From contig NC_092675.1 in the NCBI RefSeq assembly GCF_964355755.1, positions 28,368,912 through 28,432,911 on the forward strand: DNA of 64,000 nt, written 5' to 3'. The first letter of the stretch is position 1; each line of letters opens with the position of its first letter. The translations under genes were made by a program, and so were the position numbers. Positions 15,101 to 27,450 of this stretch are shown here, piece after piece. The notes beneath the pieces were generated by a model, which worked only from the letters and a program-made list of their open reading frames with translations, searched no databases and had not been told where the DNA came from. The DNA comes from Antedon mediterranea (lineage: Eukaryota; Animalia; Echinodermata).

Positions 15101-18100
15101 CCCTGAATGTATTGAGGAGTGCAATTTGTAGCACACCTATGATTTTTAAAAGACAAGGCCTGCCCAAAATGTGTTATCCTATCTCCTCCTAAACCTTGAC
15201 GGCCACTCACACCATTCGGGCTGGGGAACATTTTCACCATTCGGAAATGATAAAACAACATTTTTTTATGAATTTGGGAAAAAGAAAAATTTCTTTGCAA
15301 CGACCGAATGCAGTAAATTTCTTTCGTATTCCCGACATTATAATCAGGTCACAGTGAGGTCATCAATAATTCACTAAGTAGATGGTGCCCATCCATTAGA
15401 CATTGGTAAACCACTTTATTGATAACCATGTCAGACAGGTACATTGTAAAGTTTTAAATACAAAATAGTATGATTATCGATGAATAATAGAAATAGTTTA
15501 TTAAAGCGATAATAATGAATAACCATTTTTGTAATACAATATACATTGCAAAATTAGATATTGTTTTGAAATTATTGCAGCATGCTAGCAGCTTAACTAA
15601 CTGTTTCCCGGTGGAGGTGCGGCATCCAGAGGAAATGCACTGATCATCAAAATAATAAGCTACAAATGTATGAAATAATGATTCGGAAAAAACATATTAC
15701 ATAACAATAAATAATAACAGAATCGTCAAATAACAAATTACAAATGCAATTTTACTTACATTATTAAAAAATTGAATCAAAGGCCTGGCCATTTGGATTG
15801 TTATATGAAACAGCTGGCACTATGATACTTCAGCCTCCATATGATTAGCAGTATAACAGCTACACAATAAATGACCTATATACTTAGACAGTGTTGTCTT
15901 GTCTTTAAATTATAGAGCCTAGATTAAATTTTTATTTGATTGCTATTGATACCAGCCAATTTTCAAAAATCAAGGAAATATGTCCAATTGCATGTGACAA
16001 TGAGAATCTCATAAAACTAATATTCATGATAGTGAAAGTCTAAAGGGTAATTCTTATTTTTTTGATAAATAAAAACAAATATTAAAATATAAAACACTTC
16101 TTGTATAGGTGAGAATATTTGTTTTTTTACATTAACAAGAAGTAGTGCAGGGATTTCTAGTGTTCGCTTAACTCTACTCCCGTTCACCACTCAACGCTCT
16201 TCGATTATTATCAGCCTATGTTGCATGGGGGAAATTATATGCTCCCTGTTGTATCATTTTTTTTTTTATGTTGGAGCGGTCTAGGGTTTTTATTAAATGT
16301 GTTCATATGTAATCATAATCATCTGTAAATTAAATTGAAACTGGGAAACATTTGCATTAGTCCATACATGGATCAATGGCTTTACGTCTCATCTGAAGGA
16401 CAAGGCAAAGAGAGTAAATCATCTTGCCAAAATAGGAACCCATGCTTTACTAAACAGTACTATCTATTATTTATATTGAATAGGTGACATTTTGGTTTAA
16501 AGTGTTGAGTTCTATTATTCTACAAATTGTGTGAAGTGATTAATATTTATGCTGATGAGTAATGCAAGATATAAGCTGGTTTATAAAACCACGTTACAGC
16601 CCAAACGTTGTTTCTCATCCAAATAATCTTTTCTTGTAAATATGTCTCATTTTGTAGAAATCTAGATTTCCTGTACAGCAGAAAATGTATCATAAATTTT
16701 AATATGCCTTGTATTGTAAATAAATGAAATAAATGAATAGTCCTCTTACTTAATTGTTGATGGTTCTTCATCCATTTCCTTTATTTCGGAAACATGTAAA
16801 ACTAAAAAAGAAAAAATCTTCCACAAAAACATCCTAAAATATCAATTTGCACCAACGCTAATGTAGGTTAGATTGTGGTTTTTATTAAACTATTACAACT
16901 GTCATGAATTCTGTTCTTAAAACTATGAATATTCAAAATCGAGACAGTATAACAACTGGACATACCACTGTCAGACCTGCCATCTCACCAGACTCTGTTG
17001 TATGTCACTCAATTTTAATACAATCTCTTGTCCTCCTATTGAATGCAATTTTCACTTTGTTTTTATCATCATTTCTCCTGATCAAATGTACTCTCATTAT
17101 ACTGATTTTACAAATTATTCGGAAGATACTCTGATTTATGTGTAAATTTGATTGATTTGATATTGTTTTATATTGCAATAGTATTCATATTTTCGTAAAC
17201 TTTTTGATGAAATAAATAACAAAGCCATTTCAAAATCAAAAGTTGCCATTATTTTTTTTTAGAGGGCAGCAAATAATTAGTTGTTTGTTTTTAAATATCT
17301 TGCATCCTCATTGGTTATTTTCTTGCATTCTTTTTTTCCTTTATATATTTTAATGTCTTTTTTATAAGTTGTAATGTGAACTTGTATTTTAAATAATTTA
17401 TTGATTGTTATTTTTTAAATATTGTAAATTAAACAATGTTTACTTTGTTGCAAATAAAGAATTTCAATATTTGTATACTTTGGAAAATTCAGCTCTTTAT
17501 TTATAATTCCAGATTTTTTTACCCAAAAGGTTGATAGGTCTGCATTTATAAAGCATAATTTAATTAACAAAGGAGGGATCGATTAGAAAGAAAGAACAAA
17601 AATAAATGATGAATTGAAAGAATTATATTTGTAATATCTAAATCATTCATTCTTATTCGCTATAACCAAGCTCTTTAACAAAAGTGTACTATATTTTCAA
17701 AACTGTAATCTGCAGTCTTTAAAGTTAAAACCTACCCAATTTCCTTGTAGATTATCTACTCCCAAGATGCTTTAAAAAGTATTAGATATCTACACAAGAA
17801 ATCTACTCTATCATCACAGATGTACTAGACTAGTCCAGATTTGAGAAAAATGAAATGCTGTAGGCATTTCGTGTTAAAAGCAAATAAACATGTATACTAA
17901 AAAACCCAAAATAATTGGCACGACTGAGTTCTGTACATTTCCTTGAGTGAACAAACGAAAAAGGCTTTTTGCTAATAATATGTTACAGTAGGTAAACTTG
18001 GAAGAGATAGAAAGAATCAAACTTCAGCGAATTGTCTTACAGACTCTCAAGAAAAGTGTCACACTTAAAAGTATGTATATACAGTAGCTTAGCCTATGTT

Positions 18101-21100
18101 ATAATGAACATTTAGTTGTTGTTAGTGAACTAGACAATTATTGCAGAGAAATTTTTAAAATAATTTAAACTTTTCATATCATTGCTCTCCCTCACGTTTG
18201 GCGGTTTATCCAGGTAAGCTAGGCACAAAATAGACAATGATATTTGCGACTGATGTGTAATGTTTTAGTTCCTCTGCTTGTCTTCTTTCGGCTATTTGAT
18301 TGGTTGGTAACTTTGTGTACGTTAAAATCTTTGATGCATGACTTTTGAAACATTCATATCGTTTAATAATCTGCTACCTAATCTGTTTTCGCAACAGAAT
18401 CCATTTCCTGTAATCTTTCAGCGATGTAGCCACAAGAAATAATGTGGTCCGGTTTTTCGCAAGAAAAGGAAAAAAATTCTGTTTAAGCCAATGGGTTGTC
18501 AAAGGCTTTTGTGAAAAAGTGGTCAGATTGAAACCTTACCAACCGTACTGCATTTTCTTAATGCAGACCCATCAAGTTTACGCAGCGTTGTACCATACAG
18601 AACCATAATTCCATAGGTGTGAACAAAACAAATATACTTTAAAATTTACTGTATTAAACTATTATATTTATTTAAGAATCGTAGTAGAAATTAGTTGCTT
18701 TTATATGCTTTGTGGGCTTCAGAATGAAGAAATAAAATAATATACAGTATCACAAGCTTAGGTTATGATAAAACCAAGTATCAAGTTATTTACCAGTTAT
18801 TATAGAGCCTAAAAGTTTTGCTTTCCTTAATACACCCAAAATCGTGTTCAATAAAGCATAAAGTCAATCTTTGTATGAAGGTAAAAACTTGCATTGTTAT
18901 GGAATTTGAGAAATATTCCCTTTTAATTTATCATAAAAACACACATTACTCACTTTCTGTGAACAGCACAGCTACTGTACGTCTTTCAGTTTGTACTGCT
19001 GGTTGATTTCTAGGTAAAATAAATGAATTTCTTTACATTAAATGAATAATAATAATAGACAATTCAATATATGTTATTGTTAGTTATTCAAACATTTCAA
19101 TTGTTCCGAAGTATTGTATAAAGTGAATTGGAAGGGACCAACATTTTGGTTAATTTTGAAGTGGCAACAATATAAATCACCATAGAGTTTCAGTACACAA
19201 AATACTCATTAATAATTATCGAACTTTATGACACAGTTCCATTTTTTCCTTTCTTGATGCAAACCACGACATTTTGGGGGGTTTTCTGGCCAGGTTTTAG
19301 TCTTAGAGGGAAAAAACACTGCATGCCTTTGTTTTAAAAATATGTCAAAATTAAGGTTAAATAAAAACTATTATTGAACCAGGTCAGAAAAACAAATCAC
19401 CATGATCTATATTAACAACAGGCAGGTGCATGAAGGGAAAAGAAGATCTCATAAATAAGACGCAGAAATTTCAAAATTCAAATGAGAAACAGAAATTACA
19501 AGTTTTAGTGTAATTCCACCTGTCTTTTCTTTTACACTGTTTAATATTAGATAATTGGAAGATGTCCAAGTAAAGCATGGATATCTGGGAAAGTCTGTGG
19601 GCGCTTGTGTGAACTGTCAACGGATAATACCTTAGGGTTTTCATTCACGTTTACTTATAGTTGAAACGTGTACAACAAAAAGTAGATAATATAGCAACAA
19701 ACTGAGCTTACTGTACACATGTCATTGCCAATAATAGACAAAACTAGGCAAAAAAAAAAAGAAATGGGCATCATGTATAAAATGTAAACTCCATTTCAAT
19801 GCTAAATTTTGTGAAATTCACCATTGAATGTCATGTTAGCCACTGTGCTGAAATAACTAAACTAATTTTGATATTCTGATTGCTTTGAAACAAAAGTTCT
19901 TCTTTGCTTTTGAAGATGTCATAATGTACACTAGACTTCATGCTGCAAGATCAAGATTATATATCCTTCTCTCAAAAAGCTTGTGAAAAAACTCATCTTT
20001 GATCAAATAATCATAATAAGCTGGGTTTTGGAAAATATCTTTGTATAACTGCTAAACGTTGCCTCTTAACTTATCTTTATAAAGTATACTATATATGGCC
20101 AGGTAGCATTGTGGTTTTAAATCCTACTTTTATTAGCGACAATGTACTGTAGTGCTCTATGGCAAACACTTTAGGCCCTGGATCCGCCGTGGATATTTCA
20201 AAGAAGAAAAGTCACTACAGAATTAAAATCAAACTGAACAAAATTATTTAATTTACTATAACCCAAGACTAAGAAAATATTGTGTCACTGTATTTAATAA
20301 CAAAACTGTAAAATAAACTAAGAGACACACAGGGGAAACAGAGTATTGTCAGAGTTTCCTTTCTAAGGCCGATGTCTGTCAAACAGAAGGTACAGTAACT
20401 AGGATTGATGAGGTTAATTATAGCAGACCGTATAGAATTGAAAGTCTACTTTAGTAATTAACTCTGTATGAAACAAATCTACCATCTATATTTTATATAT
20501 CATAAAATAATATGTCTCATGGTCATAATAAACAGGAGCAATATTTGTTTTATTACACCCTCTTCCAATGGTAGTAGATAGGTAGGCATATAAGATAACA
20601 GATAACAAAATGGTACTGGAACTGGATAGGATATTCCTTTTTTTAGAAGCCAACTTTTTAAGAGTAGTCCTACACTGGACACCAGATAGCAGAAAAAAGG
20701 GAAACCTACAAAGGTTGAGTCACACTATAGGAGAGGAGATGATAGTATTGACCAGGTGATGTGTCCAGAAGACAGGGAGATAGCGGCCAGAATTGCCGCC
20801 AGGGTGTACAGTAGTACTGCATATTTTTCATTGCTTAAATGCCAGGGTCAAGGCATAACAGGCAAAGAAAGTTTACAGCTGAATATAATAATAAAATATT
20901 ATACAGTACTAATAATTATTACTAATATGAGGGCTCACTACACTACAGTACAGTATTTTATTACATTTATTGAGGACATTTTTGGTATCCCTACTATACT
21001 ATTTTTTAAATACAAATTTAAGTCTTGGTACAGTAGTTAATAATAGTAAACATGAGATAACATACTGAAATGTATAATAAAACAACAAAACATTTTCAGC

Positions 21101-21595
21101 AGTTAGGCCTATTTTGGATCTTAAACAGAAATAATATTATTCTTCACCAGTGAAGCGACACAGTGACCCTCAGGCCAGTCACTCCGTCTCATAAATGAAA
21201 TTCAAAATATACAGTATGAAAATATGAATATATATAAACAAAATAAAAACGTTAACACCAAGAACAACACAAACAATGGCGAGCGGAACATTTAAAATTA
21301 CAATATAAACTACAATATTGAAAATTTCAAAAAATTATCCTGAAACCAACAAATCATATCCAACAAATTATTTCAATATCAACAAAAAGTTTTAAAATAT
21401 ACAACAATTCTAAACAATTCAACATGACAAGTTTAGTTATTTACATAATCATTTTGTAAACATTAATGACATTTTTGATGCAGCACAGTCATCCAGGTAA
21501 CAACACAGAGGATTTAAATAAGCACCTGTTAAAATTATTCGAAAAGCACAGGTGTTTTAATAGGAAATTACACTCAGATTTAATGCTTGACTCAC

Positions 21596-22406
21596 CGCAA
21601 ATCGGTGAAATAACAGATAAATACAATTATATGGATTCTCAAAGAGGAAGCTGTTAATTATCTTATTCTACCTGGTATTAGTGTATTGTATGAGGGCTAA
21701 GTCGTCAAGTATGTACTGGTGTTCTATAAGACACAAAGGACCAACAGGTGATACAGTTGGATCCTGTCATCTTGGTATACTTTCATTTTCATGAGAAGAA
21801 ACTTATAAATTGCCTCTGGAATTAGAATGCTACAATTATTATATCATTTTTGTGACTCAATAACGTTCCGAACAAAACATCTAAAGGTTTAAAATCAATA
21901 AATCAACTTTATTTTTACAAAATGAAATTATATTCTACATATATTCAACAAGACAAACTTTTGAAGGAGTTGAAAACACTATGAACTGTGTCTACATATG
22001 TTGAAACTGCGTACTATAGTTCCAATATGTGGGTTTAACTTTAGGCCTACGTATGCCAATATATAAATAAAAACGAAAGTAAGTACATGGGTTAGAAATC
22101 CTTCACACACATCCACCCATCCATGTGAACTAGCTGGCCTGATAATGTGGACTACTACCATGGAGTATACTCCATGCTACTACCTAGTCACTACCTCTGG
22201 CGAACTTTGGCTGTAGAAAAAAATAGACAAACAAAAATACAGTTTAAATTGATTTAATATATTGAATGTGTATTAACCAAAGTATGGTAACCCACTAACT
22301 TTGAAATAGTTCTCTATTTTACGCAGCAAAATAAGAGAATAAAGTCTTGACAACACACCAGACTGAGGAGCACCAGGAAGTTGTTTACTTTTGTTACGCA
22401 TGCGCA
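21596..22406 (-). promoter_or_regulatory. Putative promoter and 5'-UTR exons of the minus-strand gene
   Basis: NRF1-like ACGCATGCGCA at ~22396-22406; minus-strand donor GC|GTAAAA at 22323/22322, strong acceptor TTTTTTCTACAG at 22211, and an acceptor/donor pair TTCCAG| (21816) and GCG|GTGAGT (21595) bounding a 220-nt non-coding exon. Confidence 0.4.
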
Positions 22407-22879
22407 TCATTAATTATTTCCTCAAACCGTTCAAGCGTCACAAAAAAATAGAGGGCGACGTTTTCTTATTTATTTTCAAGAGGTATATTCAGAGCGTCAT
22501 TGAGGTATATTCAGAGCGTCATTCTGACGACTGGAGCATTCTCTACTTCTCTACGGAGCGCCATTTATGCCTTTATTAACTTCAATAATAGAAATAGTAC
22601 TACGGTAAATAGAAATAAAAGTCACTACTTTTAATATCGTTTCGTATATACCCACATCAATAATAAATGAAGAAACTCTCAAGTATAGTAAGGATAGTCT
22701 TTATTGTATGAAGTCTGTAACTGAGCTGTACAAAGTGATATCAGTAAGGTGGCTCGTGATTGGTTAATCTATATATGGTATGACTATGGTGTCTTATTAC
22801 TTTATCAGTATATGGGTCGCTATACTAAAGTAGTATTATTATAACAATCACAAACTGAAAAACAGAAACATCTTGGCAT

Positions 22880-23520
22880 TCACATTGATTCAAATTTATC
22901 TTTTTCTTTTCATGTAAATAAACTCCGTTCCAAACTGGCTTGTCCATCTCCATCTTATCGCGTGCTCGGTCATTTCATTAATAAACACACATCCATACTC
23001 CTCTATAACACTATAATCCTCCCACACATTGACTATTGATGTAGTGTTTGGGGAATCAGATCGAATATTGACCGAATACAGACCATCCAAAAAAGAGCAT
23101 TTCGCATTATCCTTAAATCTCATCCTGTCACACCACGAACTAACATTTACAACACCTTAAATCTTCATACAGTCCAAATCATCGATGTACCCGAAGTGTC
23201 AGTGAGAGGAAATTTGTCGTCCCTTTCCCTAAAACTTAAACTTTTAAGAACAACTTCATCTAGGCCTATAGAGCACCAACATACCTGAATTTGCTACCCA
23301 CCAAACAAAGGAATGCGGTAACAATAAATAATTTTAAGTCTGCTCTAAACAAATTTTTAATCCCAAAAGAAAAAACTCAACGTTTTGTATAGTATTGTAG
23401 GCTATATTTTTGTATTTAAGTACATATATAACATGGTTCATCCTTTTTTTCATATATGTTTTTGACTGTCTGCACATGCTGTTTAGGGTAACCCTCACAA
23501 AATAAGGTTTAATAAAAAAA
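22880..23520 (+). mobile_element. Decayed LINE (CR1/L2-type) 3' fragment inserted in the left arm of the foldback element
   Basis: Plus-strand translation SILLYNTIILPHIDY*CSVWG..SNIDRIQTIQKRAFRIIL resembles the post-RT region of CR1/L2-group ORF2; ends in AATAAA and an A-rich tail. Confidence 0.65.
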
Positions 23521-23907
23521 TAAAATAGAAATAAATTCCCTAAATTTTAATATCTTTTCGTATGTTAATACAATGTGCTCAACTCAAGTGGACCCAATTT
23601 GGCCCCAGTGGAGCACAGTGATATAAAATAGAAATAAAGTCACTAAATTTTAATATATTTTCGTAAAAACAGTGTGCTCAAGTGGACACATTGGGACCAG
23701 GAGAGCAGTGATATCAAATAAAAATAAAGTCACTCAAGTTTCAATCCTTTCGTATGTTAATACACTGTGCTCAAGTAGACCCAATTTTGCGCCAGTGGAT
23801 TTTTTTAAATAGAAAATAATGAATATTGTTTTTCTTTTATTTTGAAAGAGAGATATTTTGAGGATTGTAAATGTCAAGTGGACCTTTTTTAAAATCAGAA
23901 ACAAAGT

Positions 23908-25775
23908 TGCATGGCATTATTTTCCATAAAACCTCGAAAAAAGCACATGTGCTCCTTCATTTTTAGTATCCTTGGGTGGGCTTCTTTTCCACATGGAGTT
24001 CTTTTCGAGATTACTTTTGCAAACTAAACGAGGGGAACTGCTAGCTAAATATTTTATTTACATGATTTGAAAAATCTTCTAATGTAAATAATTAACAGCA
24101 TCAAAATTTAACAGTGTGGCGTGTCGACCGCGAATGACTATCTTTACCATAATACACCTGCACAGACTCATTTGCATAACAACGCACGCACATACCAAAC
24201 TGTTTAAAATAGAGCTACAATGTACCCGAAAATGACATCTATTATGTTTTCAAACAACATGCATAAGAATCTTCAGTACCCCACCATGCTTGGAACTGAG
24301 CAAAGACAATTTTGAAAAAATATTTATTGAAATAGTAAAATTAAATAATAAAAATGTTAAAAAACTTGACTTCATATGCTTTAATTTCGAAGATCTGCTT
24401 AAAACATATTTATTTATTTATTCTACCATAAACTTTTATTCACAACATAATATTAGTAAGCCTACAATACAATATCTTGCATAAAACGGATATTTAAAAA
24501 TACACTATAATGTGTAACGGTATTATAATTATAATGTAAAAGATTAACAAAATAAAGATTGAACAATGTTGTGTGTTGATCGCGTATGACTAACAATACC
24601 ATCTTTCCCACAGCACATGTGCACACTCATTTGCATAACAAACGCACGGCATAACAAACTACGATGAGATAAAATTAATTCTCTTCTAAACACGTAACGA
24701 AGAGAATTAATTCCCCTTTTTTTTACATTAAAATAAATTGAGGGCGCTAAACATAAATTTAAACCATCAAAGCAGTTGGCGAGAGCCAAAAAAAAAAGAT
24801 GGTAATGTGCTCTCCCTGCCTCAGCACTAAGGCCCTGCCACAGCCTTTTGGGGTCGTTTCCACCACATCACCAGATGCATTGATGTTGTCGCCTCATGAT
24901 GTGTGGTGGAAAGGGGGACGTATGATCTGTGAACCCCAAACACAGTGGCTCGCATAGCCTTAACTCTATTCCACCGACCAGCGTGGGAATCGAACCCACG
25001 ACATACGTGTGTTAACACGACGCTCAGACGACTGAGCTAACTGATCATTTTGGTTTTAGCAAGGTTAATAGGATATTAATTACGTAATGATGAATTACAT
25101 AATACACGTATAAATAGACTATTATCAGCTGTTCCGTCATGTACTTTGTGGCTTAACGGGTAATGCCCAGTTTTGAGTGTTATCAGCTGGGGTTCGAACC
25201 TCTACGGATATTTTTTTTTATAAATATTGTTTTGGTTTTTTTTTATGAATATTGTTTTTTTTTATATTTTTTATTTGTATGGCATTCACTTTTCCATTAA
25301 ATAGACACCATAAAACCCCAAAAAGAGCCCATGTGTTCCTCATTTTTTAGTACTCTTGGGTACGGTGGGCTTCTTTTCAACGGGTAAGCTTCTTTTCCGC
25401 ATGGGGTTCTTTTCAAGATTACTTTTGCAAACTAAAGGAGGGGAGCTTCTAGGTTCCCGCCCGGAAAATTGTATCTTTACATGATTTGAATTTCTAATAA
25501 AGATTAGCAAAATCAAAATTTAACTTTTAAATTTAATTTTGTGGCGTGTTCACCGCGAATGACTAACAATGCCATCTTCCCCATTACACCTGCACAAACT
25601 CATTTGCATAACAACGCATGGCATACCAAACTGTTTAAAATAACTACAAGGTCCCCAGAAATGACACCTATAGTATTTTGAAACATGATATATAAGAGTC
25701 TTCGCTACCCCACCATAATTGGGGCTGAGCAAAGACAATTTTGAAAAAAATATTTATTGAAATATAAAATTAAAT
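23908..25775 (+). repeat. Diverged internal direct repeats (23908-24345 vs 25277-25775; partial third copy 24570-24660)
   Basis: Collinear shared blocks GGTGGGCTTCTTTTC, GATTACTTTTGCAAACTAAA, ACCGCGAATGACTA, CTCATTTGCATAACAA, CTGAGCAAAGACAATTTTGAAAAAA. Confidence 0.85.
24788..25046 (-). ncRNA. tRNA-Ile-derived Pol III-type unit (SINE or tRNA-headed ncRNA)
   Basis: Minus strand 25046-24976 folds as a cloverleaf with A box TAGCTCAGTCG and B box GGTTCGATTCCC, similar to eukaryotic tRNA-Ile(AAT) but with a 6-nt anticodon loop; followed by a ~178-nt GC-richer body and T10. Confidence 0.6.
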
Positions 25776-26024
25776 ATTAAGTCTCCAGTTAAGCTAACCA
25801 TGGTTGGGGCAGAGCTAAGAATGACAAAATATATAAGTCTTCAGGACCAGCCATACAATGGTGATTGTTTTCCCAAGTGTGATACATGCAATGCACGCGG
25901 CTGGAGTTCGAACCTCGACGGATATATTTTTTTTTTTGGAATATTGTTTTTTTTTTAAATAGAGATATGTGACACTGTATTGTCGAACATGTATGGTACC
26001 ATACCGGTAGGTATTCAAATATGC

Positions 26025-26398
26025 TTAATACGAAAAGATATTAAAATTAAGTGACTTATTTCTATTTTATATCACTGTGCTCCACTGGATCCAAATTGGG
26101 TCCACATGAGCACAATGTAATAACATACGAAACGATATTAAAATTAGTGACTTATTTCTATTTTATATCACTGTGCTCCACTGGCTCCAAATTGTGTCCA
26201 CTTGAGCACAGTGTATTGGCATACGAAAAGATATTAACATTCAATGACTTTTTTCTATTTATATCACTGTGCTCCACTGGCTCCAAATTGGGTCCACTTG
26301 AGCACAGTGTATTAACATACGAAAAGATATTAAAATGAGTGACTTATTTCTATTTTATATCACTGTGCTGCTCCACTGGAGCTAAATTTGGTCCACTG
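26025..26398 (+). repeat. Tandem array of ~96-bp units (about 4 copies), right arm of the foldback element
   Basis: GTGACTTATTTCTATTTTATATCACTGTGCTCCACTGG recurs at 26051, 26147, 26244 and 26339. Confidence 0.9.
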
Positions 26399-26578
26399 AA
26401 CCAGTTTACCGTAGTACTATTGCCTGAAGTAAATAAAGGCATAAATGGCGCTCCGTAGAAGTAGAGAATGCTCGATACCGTAGTACTATTTCTATTTCTG
26501 AAGTAAATAAAGGCATAAATGGCGCTCCGTAGAAGTAGAGAATGCTCGATCGTCGAGCGAAATGACGCTCAATACCTC

Positions 26579-26800
26579 ATCACTCGATAAATGGCTGCCA
26601 AGTGAATGAATACATTTTAAATGTATTGTTTGCATCTAAATTAATAAGGCATTTCACTTTTTTAAAATTTAGGCAACTTGGGCAATCATTAGTTAGTCTA
26701 GTTAGCACCTGTTTTATTACCTACTGGTCTAGGTTAGCAGTGGAGTAGGCTAGATATCTAGAGACTAGGCTAGGCCTGCCCTGCTGCTGGATCGAGACAA
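26579..26800 (+). promoter_or_regulatory. Putative VPS15 promoter and non-coding first exon
   Basis: YY1-like AAATGGCTGCC at ~26589; donor CAA|GTAAGT at 26800/26801 pairs with acceptor TTTATCTTAG| at 27390, 60 nt upstream of the ATG. Confidence 0.5.
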
Positions 26801-27450
26801 GTAAGTAGCCTAGGCGCCTGGGTAGGCCTGTAGGCTAGAAAAAAATTGTACTATAGTACTGTAGGCCTAGACCTAGTGAGCCTCATTTAAAAACCTTTCA
26901 CTCCCCAGCCTGGAGTGCTAATTTCAAAATCCGGCTTATAGCTAGTCTAGCTAGGGTATTGTTGCAGTATGATCCGGAAATAATGAAATTACATTATTAA
27001 AAAAAGAACAAGAACGAGTAGGCCTAGGCCTATACTTGTTAAATAATTAATAATAGCCACCTTGTACTTGTAGGGTTTAGGATTTTTAAAGGCTAGCTAG
27101 TAAAAGAGCTTATTGTCTGTTGTTGATGTATGAAGTTAGACCGTAGACTAGGCCTAGGCCTAGTTTGTTCTTGCAAGAGAGTATAAAAGGGTGGCACAAA
27201 TTGTGTCTGTGAAAACAAAAGTAAAAAAAAGATTTCATACGCCAACAAAAACCGTGTCATGATGATGGAATGCAATAAGAGGCTACACTTCAATGATTAA
27301 GTCAGCTTACAATAATCTTTTTTTTAATTCATTAAAATTAATCTACAATTCACACTTTACAATGATATTTATTTTTTAATTTTATCTTAGGTTTGAATAA
27401 AAACACTAATGTTGCTATTGTGATAAAATACTATTGTCTCGTAGTGTAGA

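Larger units (their letters stand above)
22480..26578. mobile_element. ~4.1 kb foldback-type non-autonomous DNA element (long TIRs plus inverted subterminal tandem arrays)
   Basis: 22502-22606 is the reverse complement of 26476-26578 (GAGGTAT...GAGCATTCTCTACTTC..TACGGAGCGCCATTTATGCCTTTATT.ACTTCA...ATAGTACTACGGTA); ~96-bp units at 22607-22648 and 23521-23799 are inverted relative to 26025-26398. No transposase ORF and no clear TSD. Confidence 0.75.

Noticed and set aside
18196-18370. ~55-codon open frame on the minus strand near a GTGAGG donor
   Set aside because: The frame stops before the donor and the acceptor is poor; at most a UTR exon.
24976-25046. Functional tRNA gene
   Set aside because: Anticodon loop is 6 nt, the D loop lacks the GG, and no terminator directly follows; treated as a tRNA-derived head.
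26025-26398. Regularly spaced repeats resembling a CRISPR array
   Set aside because: Whole ~96-bp units repeat with no unique spacers, there are no cas genes, and the context is eukaryotic; it is a transposon subterminal array. The overlapping 95-aa ORF just reflects the repeat.
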